64,000 nucleotides of DNA from an uncultured Pirellulaceae bacterium (GTDB lineage: Bacteria; Planctomycetota; Planctomycetia; Pirellulales; Pirellulaceae): contig CAZPOL010000008.1 of the NCBI GenBank assembly GCA_964588195.1, forward strand, positions 9,801-73,800, read 5' to 3'. A program made the translations under genes and the position numbers. The notes under the pieces were generated by a model. It was not told the origin of the DNA. It searched no databases and worked only from the letters and a program-made list of their open reading frames with translations. Below are positions 56,616-64,000 of the stretch, one piece after another (position 1 is the stretch's first letter; the number at the start of each line of letters is the position of its first letter).

Positions 56616-56652
56616 GAAAAAGGCCGCTCGTGATTTTTAAGCTGAGCGGCTC
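56616..56652 (-). terminator. putative terminator downstream of rpmA
   Basis: Minus strand: gccgctc-(14-nt loop)-gagcggc followed by ctttttc. It lies ~46 nt after the rpmA stop. The long loop lowers confidence. Confidence 0.45.
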
Positions 56653-56697
56653 ATTGTTCTTGTGGCTTGTTGGTTCGGAAACCGAACGGATCGTATT

Positions 56698-56949
56698 CTA
56701 ATTCTCGACAGGGACGACGTTGATTCGTCGGCCTTTGCGATCGAACATGATGTGCCCTTCGCAGAGTGCGAACAGGGTGTAGTCCTTGCCTTGACCGACG
56801 TTGGAGCCAGCGTGGAACTTATTGCCTACCTGGCGAACCAGGATGTTACCGGCAATGACGTGCTCGCCACCGAACTTCTTGACTCCACGACGTTGTGCGT
56901 TCGAATCGCGACCGTTGCGACTGGAACCTTGACCTTTCTTATGGGCCAT
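56698..56949 (-). CDS. rpmA: 50S ribosomal protein L27
   Basis: [66 protein letters not shown] is the near-universal L27 sequence. Confidence 0.97.
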   Translation of the reverse strand: MAHKKGQGSSRNGRDSNAQRRGVKKFGGEHVIAGNILVRQVGNKFHAGSNVGQGKDYTLFALCEGHIMFDRKGRRINVVPVEN

Positions 56950-57033
56950 TGATCTATACCTGAATTATGGGTTGAAATCTCGTTTGCCGGGCGATGCGTC
57001 TGCCCAGCTTACCTTCAAATCGAAAGAGGAAAT

Positions 57034-58341
57034 TTACTCGTAAACCCAAAGATATTCAAGGCTTTTCGTGAAGCGGATGCCACCTTCTCGCCGCTTTTCC
57101 CAGAATTCTGGCTGCAATTTAAGGGTGAATTGGCGAGTTTCGCCGCCAGCGGTGTCTGTCACCGTCCATTGTTGGCCTGGAATGCTGGTTGTCAGCGAAG
57201 CACCCGAGTCCAGTTCGAATCCTGCATTTCCAAAGGCGTTCAGGATTGACTCTGGAATTTGGCCCAAATCCAGCGATTCGGCGACTCTCGAGTCGAAGTC
57301 GATATCGTCCAAATCGGCGTCGGCCTCAAAAATCAAGGTCGACCGCAGGAACTCCAGGTCCGTGACCTCGCACAAGATTTGTGGACCGGGCAAGTGGTAC
57401 CGCTTGGTAACTTCGATTTGCGAGTTTGGATCGTCGTTCAGCGGAATCCCGTAGTCGATGCGGTCTTCGGCCTGTTTGATGCCGTCACCAGGTCGGTAGA
57501 AATTCATCTGTAGCGTCTTGTGCTTGAAGTTGATCGTTTCATCGGGCGAAATTTCAAGGCGATGAGCATTGGTCAGACCGGAAACCTTGACGGAAATGAA
57601 ATCCAGGGAAGGATCCACGTTGTACCAGATTGCCACGCCCCATTTTCCACCTTCGTTGGAATCTACGGGAACGCGTTCCAGAGTGGTTTGAGCCAACTGG
57701 ATTTTGTCCAGCAACGGTCGGTCGGGATCTTCCTCATCCTGAATCAGGCGAGTAATCGAAGGTGATACTTGATCTGCGTAAGTCACTTCGTTGTAGGTTC
57801 TGGTTTGTTGGTCGTAAACCCAGCCCGACAATTGAAAGTTGCCGAAGAACCGCGTGCTTAACGTGGTATCTCTCATCTTGTCGGGGTTCGCTTTCGGTTC
57901 GTAATCGATGTGGCCGTACTTTGGATCCTCGACTTCTTCGTGAGTGATCGCCGATCCGACATTGCGAATTCGAAAGACCAAATAGAAGATGTTGCGATCA
58001 CGAAGCTGACCGCTCAGATTCGATGCGGTGACATTCAGTTGTCGCAGGCCAAGGTGACCGAATTCGTGTTGGAACACGTCGCGGTGGAAAACGATGCCAC
58101 GTGTCTGGCCCAGCAGAGTCTTGGTGTCGTCGACGGTTTTCCAGTCAGCCGAGTTGCCGTCGGCAAGGTACTGGTCGCTGATACCGGGCAGGTTCATGGG
58201 CAACGAATTTACGTCACGTCCATTGATGATTGGTTCAACAACCTTGAAGACGCCAGGAGCGAACGGACGCTGTGCGTTTGCGTGATTTGAAAACAGGGCT
58301 GCAATGCAACATGCAACCAAAACCATTACCGGTTTAGACAC
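57034..58341 (-). CDS. secreted hypothetical protein (435 aa)
   Basis: Signal peptide MSKPVMVLVACCIAALFSNHANAQ. The ORF is long and uninterrupted, with codon usage similar to its neighbours. I recognise no family. Confidence 0.65.
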   Translation of the reverse strand: MSKPVMVLVACCIAALFSNHANAQRPFAPGVFKVVEPIINGRDVNSLPMNLPGISDQYLADGNSADWKTVDDTKTLLGQTRGIVFHRDVFQHEFGHLGLRQLNVTASNLSGQLRDRNIFYLVFRIRNVGSAITHEEVEDPKYGHIDYEPKANPDKMRDTTLSTRFFGNFQLSGWVYDQQTRTYNEVTYADQVSPSITRLIQDEEDPDRPLLDKIQLAQTTLERVPVDSNEGGKWGVAIWYNVDPSLDFISVKVSGLTNAHRLEISPDETINFKHKTLQMNFYRPGDGIKQAEDRIDYGIPLNDDPNSQIEVTKRYHLPGPQILCEVTDLEFLRSTLIFEADADLDDIDFDSRVAESLDLGQIPESILNAFGNAGFELDSGASLTTSIPGQQWTVTDTAGGETRQFTLKLQPEFWEKRREGGIRFTKSLEYLWVYE

Positions 58342-58589
58342 TGGACGGATTCCTATCGATTCACGGAGTTTTTAGGCCTACAACTCTAATTTTAAGTATA
58401 GTTGCCGCAAACTTTGGTGGTCAAGAAATAACGGAAAGTCCGGGGTTTCAGTGACCTGGACGTTGGCCAATCGCGATTTCATTGGGCGGGATTCTGATTG
58501 TGCCGATTCTGCCTGTTTTTGGCCCTGACCACGACCTGTTACCGGCACAGCAACATCGCCGGCAGCCGCGTTCTTGGCTCATGGCGAAT

Positions 58590-59405
58590 TCAGGCGGACA
58601 TTTTGCTCTGATCGAACAATCGAACTTGTTCCCGCTCCTTGCCCTTATCGGGATTCTGCTTGACCAGCATTCGCATTTCGGCAGTCACCTGATTTTTTAG
58701 CACGTTGCCCAAATGTTCCAGCACATCAACGGCCGGTTTTCCGTCAAGAATCCGATGATCAAATGTCAAAGTCGCATATGCCTTGCCTTTTCGGCATAAC
58801 TGGTCATATCCCAGCGTCGTCGTGCAGGGGCCCAGATGACAGACTCCTTTGACGTTTCGGTAGCTGGACAGGCTCAGCCCAAAGGTACCCATTTGGCGGG
58901 CTCGACTGGCTGGCATCAAGTGCGTCAACACGGTCCAGCCCAGTTTGCGAATTAGCCACGGCATCCTGGCAAAACGCATTTGATGTTTCAGCTGGCGAAT
59001 CTCGCTCAGCGGTGCCCGGCGATAGTGGTCAAACGACTCCTGCAATTGCACCAGCGAGCGGTTTTCGGGTTGGCAGAATCGGGCAAAGAACAGAGCCTCC
59101 CGGCCTTCGTGTTCGCGAGCCACAGTCAACATGCAGACGCTTTCCGAATGCTGGTAGATACGCGGCCAAGGCAGTGGTGCGTAGACCTGACGGAGTTCCG
59201 GTATATCACGCGAGGCCAAGGCGTAGGCTCGCATCATGATGACTTGCCACGATAGTTTCACCGGTGCCAGTCTTCGCAAACGCTTGATTTCCGTGACGTC
59301 GTATTCACAGCTCAACGGAGCGGTCGGCATCTTCCTGGCAATTTCGATCACGTCGCAAACCAGGCGTCGGTCTGCCGGTAACGGAATGTATTTGCCAGTC
59401 CGCAT
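58590..59405 (-). CDS. stand-alone 2-oxoacid-dehydrogenase-E2 / CAT-fold acyltransferase domain protein
   Basis: 271 aa with no lipoyl or PSBD domain. The C-terminal TLTFDHRILDGKPAVDVLEHL carries the catalytic DHRxxDG motif of the E2/chloramphenicol-acetyltransferase fold. It lies 72 nt downstream of the DegT gene on the same strand. Confidence 0.7.
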   Translation of the reverse strand: MRTGKYIPLPADRRLVCDVIEIARKMPTAPLSCEYDVTEIKRLRRLAPVKLSWQVIMMRAYALASRDIPELRQVYAPLPWPRIYQHSESVCMLTVAREHEGREALFFARFCQPENRSLVQLQESFDHYRRAPLSEIRQLKHQMRFARMPWLIRKLGWTVLTHLMPASRARQMGTFGLSLSSYRNVKGVCHLGPCTTTLGYDQLCRKGKAYATLTFDHRILDGKPAVDVLEHLGNVLKNQVTAEMRMLVKQNPDKGKEREQVRLFDQSKMSA

Positions 59406-59477
59406 AGCTATTTCTCAAAGGGGCGTTAACAGGTCGCGGTTGTGATTAGGGTCGTTATTGTGGCCAGAGTCAATTTC

Positions 59478-60680
59478 CTAGGCAGCACGGCGCAGTCGAG
59501 GTTCTCCGAACGATTCTTGCTGGCCGAACATGATGTCGCGAAGCGCGGTCACGACGGTTTCGATCTCCACACGAGTCAATTCCGGGAAGATCGGCAGGCT
59601 CAGTACTTCGGCGGCGGCCCGCTCGGTTTCTGGCAAACTGCCTGCCGAGCAATTCAAGTGCTTGTAACATTCTTGTTGGTGAACTGGCACCGGATAATAC
59701 ACCTCGGTGCCGATGCCTTTGTCGGCCAGCTGTTGGCGTACTTCGTCCCGACGCCCGCCTGTGACGCGAACGGTGAACTGGTTCCAGACGTGTCCGCATT
59801 GTCGATGAATGCCCGGCAAGTTCAAAACCTGGTTCATCCCATTGGAGGTGAACAAACGATGGTACGTGTCGGCGTTACCGGATCGCATCACGCTGTACTT
59901 TGACAAGTGTCTGATTTTGATGCCCAGCACGGCGGCTTGCAACGAATCCAGGCGGCTGTTGATTCCGACTTCGCGGTGGTAATAACGTGGCTGCATGCCG
60001 TGGTTGGCCAGCAATCGAATTCGCTCGGCCAGCTTTTGGTTGTTGGTCGTCAGCATTCCGCCGTCGCCCATGCCGCCCAGGTTTTTGGTCGGGTAAAAAC
60101 TGGTGCAACCAATGTCGCCGATTCCGCCAGCTCGTTTACCATCGAACGTGGCACCGATCGCCTGAGCCGCATCCTCAATGACTCGCAATTCATGCTTGCG
60201 AGCGACTTCGCAAATCGTTTTCATGTCGGCACATTGACCGAACAAGTGCACGGCCATGATCGCTTTGGTCTTGTCGGTGATCAGACCTTCCAGCAAGTCG
60301 CAATCCATGTTGTAGGTATCGGGATCGATATCGATAAACACCGGATGGGCGCCCAGTCGAGTGATCGCGCTGATGCTGGCGAAAAATGTAAAGCTGGGGA
60401 CGATCACTTCGTCACCCGGTTGAATGTCGATTGCCATCAAGGCCAACAGCAAGGCATCGCTACCCGACGCGCAGCCGATCGCGAATTCTGTATCACATTC
60501 TTCCGCTACCGCGGCTTCCAGTTCCTGGCAGTAAGGCCCGCCAATGAATCGACCGGATTCAAGAATCGACGCAATCGTCTCCTTGATCTCTGGCAACAAC
60601 ACTGAATTGCCTCGATTAACATCCAGTAAAGGTACAGGGATGTTCGATGGTGCCTGGTCTAAATTTGGGTTCCGTCCCAC
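59478..60680 (-). CDS. DegT/DnrJ/EryC1/StrS-family PLP-dependent sugar aminotransferase
   Basis: Blocks FIGGPYCQELE, AIGCASGSDALLLAL, VIVPSFTFFAS, SFYPTKNLGGMGDGGMLTTN (PLP-Lys region) and EVLSLPIFPELT. I chose the GTG at 60680 because AAGGAG lies 8 nt upstream and it gives a family-typical 400 aa. The longest ORF (to 60887) adds an implausible 69-aa extension. Confidence 0.9.
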   Translation of the reverse strand: MGRNPNLDQAPSNIPVPLLDVNRGNSVLLPEIKETIASILESGRFIGGPYCQELEAAVAEECDTEFAIGCASGSDALLLALMAIDIQPGDEVIVPSFTFFASISAITRLGAHPVFIDIDPDTYNMDCDLLEGLITDKTKAIMAVHLFGQCADMKTICEVARKHELRVIEDAAQAIGATFDGKRAGGIGDIGCTSFYPTKNLGGMGDGGMLTTNNQKLAERIRLLANHGMQPRYYHREVGINSRLDSLQAAVLGIKIRHLSKYSVMRSGNADTYHRLFTSNGMNQVLNLPGIHRQCGHVWNQFTVRVTGGRRDEVRQQLADKGIGTEVYYPVPVHQQECYKHLNCSAGSLPETERAAAEVLSLPIFPELTRVEIETVVTALRDIMFGQQESFGEPRLRRAA

Positions 60681-61025
60681 CGCAGTAGCTCCTTGCTTGC
60701 TTGTGTGCGTTTTGCACAGTCTGGCGAATATGTGAGGCGCACGATCGTTGCAACACATTCGTTTCGCTGTGCCCCGTCGCTGTGTCGACTTCCTTGTAGA
60801 CAAAACGGGACGCAGGAAAATAGAAGCCGCACTGTTCGGCGTCAATATCGAACAATCCAGGCTAGAACACGTACTTTTCGAAATCATCCGTCGATTGGCG
60901 ATCGAATACGGCTATATTGAATTAATCAGCGAACGTTGGCCCTGGCGGAGTCCACTTGAACTGGTTCGCGAATCTTCTGTGCCTGCTAGCAAGCAAAGAC
61001 ATTGAATAAACACGCTTCAAAAAAA

Positions 61026-63440
61026 ATGACACGGTTTGCCCGGTTCATGGTCAACATGCGCTGGTACCTGTTGGTGGTGGCGATCGGTTTGGCCGGCGCG
61101 TCTTTTATTTTGAAGAGCGATGTGGAGTTCGATAATTCGATCGAGGGCATGTTCGCGCCCGGCAATCAGGCACTGGCCGAGTATCAACAGCTGAAAGACA
61201 TTTTTGGCGGTGCCGAAATTGTGTTGGCTGTTTACGAAGACGCGGAATTGATGAATCCGGATGGCAGCGGGTTGGCACGCTTGAGGTCGCGAACGGCGGA
61301 GGTAAAAGACGTCGAGGGTGTGATCGATGTGCTGAGTCTGGCGGAGATCAACGATGCGTTGACCGAGGTCTATACGCTCGGCAACTTCCTGAAAGCAGAA
61401 GAAGGCGGCGCGCCGATTCTGGATGCCGATGACAAAATGGCGTCGGCCTTTCTGGATATGTTCGAAGGGTACACGCACGCTGAGGACGGAAAGACGGCGG
61501 CGATTGTCTGCCTGTTGCAACGCCTGGAAACGTTGCAGATTCCTCGTGCAACGACGATCAAGGCGCTACGCAGCATTGCCGACGGATGGGATGGATCTCG
61601 GATTACCGGCGAACCGGTTTTGTTGGCTGACGGATTTCGATTTATTCGTCGCGACGGTTCACGACTGAACCAGGTCTGTTTGCTGTTAATGAGTTTTGTA
61701 ATTATCGCGTGCTTCCGCAGCGTTCGCTGGATGTTGATTCCGATTGCGGTGATCAAGTTGTCGTTGTGGATGACGCTGGCGACATTGGCGTTGCTGGGCT
61801 GGAAGTTGACGATGGTCAGTTCGATGCTGTCGGCAATCGTGGCGGTCATCTCGGTCGCTACCGTCGTACACATCACGGTTCGTTACCGAGAGGCACGTTT
61901 AAAGAACGGCAAGGCGCGAGTCGAAGGGATGGTGGCGGTTTTCGAGTCGTTGCTGATGCCGATCACGTGGACTTGCCTGACGACAGCCGCCGGGTTCCTG
62001 GCGTTGACGTTGGCCGATGTGGAACCGGTTAGTGATTTCGGCTGGATGATGACGTTTGGTAGTTTGTTCGTGTTGGTCAGCGTGATGTTGCTGGTCCCGG
62101 GCTTGGCGTTGTTGGGTAACGTCGATACGGACCCTCAAAAGACCTGGGGTGAGGGCCTGCTGGAAAATGTTCTGCGAAAAAGTTCGTTTTTGATTTCAAA
62201 GTACCCGCAGCGAATCGGATTACTGATCGCGTTGGTTTTGGTCGCCGTTGGCAGTGGCGTCATGTTTCTGGAGGTCGAGACAGACTTCACCAAAAACTTT
62301 CGCGAGGATTCGGAGATCATTCAGGCGTACACGTTTGTCGAGGAACGCTTGGGTGGCGCTGGCTTGCTGGATGTGGTGATTGAATCGCCGCCGGAATTGA
62401 ATCGAGGCTTCCTAAAACGAATCAATGAGATGCAGGATCAGTTGCGTGGCCTGAATTTGGCTTCACCGAACTCGCAGGGCGTAGAGCCGGCGCTGTCGCA
62501 TGTCGTCAGCTTTGCCGATGCCAACCGGATACTCGATTCCAATCCGTTGTTTATCTTGCTGCGACCGGAACCTCGGTTCAAAGCAATGTCGGCCGTGATG
62601 CCCGGGTTCTCCGCTCAAATGAAGACGACGGAACCGGATGCCGCCGGCAAGCATTATTTTCATGTGATGCTTCGAACGAGTCAACAAAAGACGGCGGCTC
62701 AACAGGCCGAGCTTATCGATCGCGTCACGGAAATCGTACGGGAACATTTTCCAGAGTCTGGCGACAACGCAGGCAAAGATTCAAAAGGTCGCAAGACGAT
62801 GACCACCGGGTTTTTCGTGCTGTTGTCGAATATCGTCAATAGTGTGTTGGCCGATCAGTTGAAAACGTTTCTGGCGGCGTGTCTGTTTATCGGGCTGGTC
62901 ATCTGGCTGGCTTTCAGTTCGTTTCGTTTGGTATTGATCGCTTTGGTGCCAAACATTTTGCCGATCATCGGACTGTTGGGCATGTTGGGTTGGCTTGGCA
63001 TCAAGTTGAATATGGGCGCGGCGATGATCGCGGCGGTATCGTTGGGACTGAGTATCGACGGCACGATTCATTACCTGACCGGTTACAAAGCGAACAAGCG
63101 AGCCGGCTTCCGGACGTCCCGTGCCATCGGGCGGGTACAGTTTCGCACAGGTCGTGCCTTGATCTACAGCACGCTGGCTCTGGTAATCGGATTCGGCAGT
63201 CTGTGTACCAGCGAGTTTATCCCCACGGTGTTCTTCGGCGGGCTGGTTGGACTGTCGATGTTGGGCGGAATGTTGGGTAACCTGATTGTGTTGCCCGTGC
63301 TGTTGACGATGTTGGGAGGCGGTGGTCATGGGACGCGAACGCGGAAAGGCAAGCGAACCCGTCCAACCGGCGCCGATCCGGACCGGGACCAGGATGCCGA
63401 AGCGTCCACGTCGACGACGAACCTGAATGAAGCCGAATGA
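61026..63440 (+). CDS. MMPL / RND-superfamily (HpnN-like) membrane transporter
   Basis: The architecture is duplicated: TM1, a large loop and a 5-TM bundle, twice. Sterol-sensing-like blocks are LLLMSFVIIACFRSVRWMLIPIAVIKLSLWMTLATLALLGWKLT and LFIGLVIWLAFSSFRLVLIALVPNILPIIGLLGMLGWLGIKLN...LGLSIDGTIHY. I chose the ATG at 61026. Confidence 0.85.
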   Translation: MTRFARFMVNMRWYLLVVAIGLAGASFILKSDVEFDNSIEGMFAPGNQALAEYQQLKDIFGGAEIVLAVYEDAELMNPDGSGLARLRSRTAEVKDVEGVIDVLSLAEINDALTEVYTLGNFLKAEEGGAPILDADDKMASAFLDMFEGYTHAEDGKTAAIVCLLQRLETLQIPRATTIKALRSIADGWDGSRITGEPVLLADGFRFIRRDGSRLNQVCLLLMSFVIIACFRSVRWMLIPIAVIKLSLWMTLATLALLGWKLTMVSSMLSAIVAVISVATVVHITVRYREARLKNGKARVEGMVAVFESLLMPITWTCLTTAAGFLALTLADVEPVSDFGWMMTFGSLFVLVSVMLLVPGLALLGNVDTDPQKTWGEGLLENVLRKSSFLISKYPQRIGLLIALVLVAVGSGVMFLEVETDFTKNFREDSEIIQAYTFVEERLGGAGLLDVVIESPPELNRGFLKRINEMQDQLRGLNLASPNSQGVEPALSHVVSFADANRILDSNPLFILLRPEPRFKAMSAVMPGFSAQMKTTEPDAAGKHYFHVMLRTSQQKTAAQQAELIDRVTEIVREHFPESGDNAGKDSKGRKTMTTGFFVLLSNIVNSVLADQLKTFLAACLFIGLVIWLAFSSFRLVLIALVPNILPIIGLLGMLGWLGIKLNMGAAMIAAVSLGLSIDGTIHYLTGYKANKRAGFRTSRAIGRVQFRTGRALIYSTLALVIGFGSLCTSEFIPTVFFGGLVGLSMLGGMLGNLIVLPVLLTMLGGGGHGTRTRKGKRTRPTGADPDRDQDAEASTSTTNLNEAE

Positions 63441-63462
63441 ATTACGAAGCAAGAATTGAAGA

Positions 63463-64000
63463 ATGATTGAGATCGAAGAAGCCCTGCGACTGGTTGCCGA
63501 AGAATGTGCCACTCTGGAATCCGTCACTGTGAATCTGGAACAGGCCAGTGGCCATGTATTGGCCGAAGACCTGACCAGCGACGTCGATTCGCCTCCCTTC
63601 GATAAATCGATGATGGACGGGTTCGCTGTTCGTGCGGCGGACGTCGATTCGCCACCGGTGAAACTGGAAATCGTCGCTCGCGTGCTGGCCGGCGCATCAT
63701 TTGAGGGCGAGGTCGATCAAGGGAAAGCAGCGCAAATCATGACCGGAGCGCCGATCCCCGCCGGTGCCGATTCGGTGGTGATGGTCGAGCAAACCGAGGA
63801 AGCCGATCAACAGGTGACGATCAATGCCGACGTTCGCAAAGGACAAAACGTGTTGCCCAAGGCGGCTGCGATGCGAAATGGTCAGTCGGTGATGGACGCG
63901 GGGACGTTTATTCGCGGCGAGGACGTTGGGTTGTTGGCTGAGGCGGGAAATGCGGAATGCACGGCGATTCGTCGTCCGAGCTTGGCCGTGATTGCGACAG
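63463..64000 (+). CDS. moeA: molybdopterin molybdenumtransferase MoeA (3' end outside window)
   Basis: My own translation from the ATG at 63463 is MIEIEEALRLVAEECATLESVTVNLEQASGHVLAEDLTSDVDSPPFDKSMMDGFAVRAADV...IMTGAPIPAGADSVVMVE. This matches the MoeA N-terminal domain signature (PPFD.S.MDG(F/Y)A, I.TGAP.P.GAD.VV). The frame is open to the window end. Confidence 0.88.
   Translation, partial: MIEIEEALRLVAEECATLESVTVNLEQASGHVLAEDLTSDVDSPPFDKSMMDGFAVRAADVDSPPVKLEIVARVLAGASFEGEVDQGKAAQIMTGAPIPAGADSVVMVEQTEEADQQVTINADVRKGQNVLPKAAAMRNGQSVMDAGTFIRGEDVGLLAEAGNAECTAIRRPSLAVIAT

Noticed and set aside
57211-57225. tRNA T-arm-like string cagttcgaatcctgc.
   Set aside because: The flanking bases do not form a T-stem and no acceptor or anticodon arms can be drawn. 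It lies inside a long, well-supported CDS. I found no convincing tRNA anywhere in the window.
60681-60887. 69-aa N-terminal extension of the DegT ORF.
   Set aside because: The extension (MISKSTCSSLDCSIL...) has no counterpart in DegT enzymes. An AAGGAG-N8-GTG at 60680 gives the family-typical length.

Overview
This is a 64-kb chromosomal window with roughly 52-55% GC, judged from spot counts only. The gene content points to a Planctomycetota (Pirellulales-like) genome. The pointers are a DUF1080 protein, a Cys-type sulfatase, giant secreted repeat proteins, an N-terminal LEDxRxLA-type motif, PEP-CTERM tails, a MoxR-DUF58-BatA-VWA operon and a fused E1 alpha/beta dehydrogenase. I can support about 38 protein-coding genes. 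I saw no rRNA, tRNA or CRISPR array.

Housekeeping genes present:
- sucA (2-oxoglutarate dehydrogenase E1)
- pntA and pntB (proton-translocating transhydrogenase)
- a fused-E1 plus E2 2-oxoacid dehydrogenase pair
- rpoD, rpmA and moeA (moeA is 3'-truncated by the window edge)

Parts most worth a second look:
1. A 17-kb same-strand module (3811-21229). A 3,009-aa signal-peptide-bearing TPR/alpha-helical giant and an acidic coiled-coil membrane protein precede a Bat-like MoxR-DUF58-BatA-VWA operon.
2. A 1,778-aa protein (22232-27568) built from five diverged modules of about 310-370 aa, each closing with the same GxGDD...FxNxxGxFxF signature. It has a non-classical N-terminal FEQLEDKRCLA motif and is followed by a PEP-CTERM protein.
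3. A miniature REP/RAYT-like unit (36829-37263). An 89-aa ORF keeps only the two ends of a Y1-transposase-like protein and is bracketed exactly by two 77-nt hairpin repeats.
4. An alkaline-phosphatase-family / TPR / sulfotransferase triple fusion (46806-49544).
5. A DegT aminotransferase plus stand-alone E2-fold (CAT-like) acyltransferase pair, divergent from an MMPL/RND exporter (58590-63440).
6. A 5 x 15-nt tandem repeat encoding a Cys-rich acidic micro-ORF (54465-54629).

All functional calls come from motif recognition by eye. No database search was possible, so family names are provisional.
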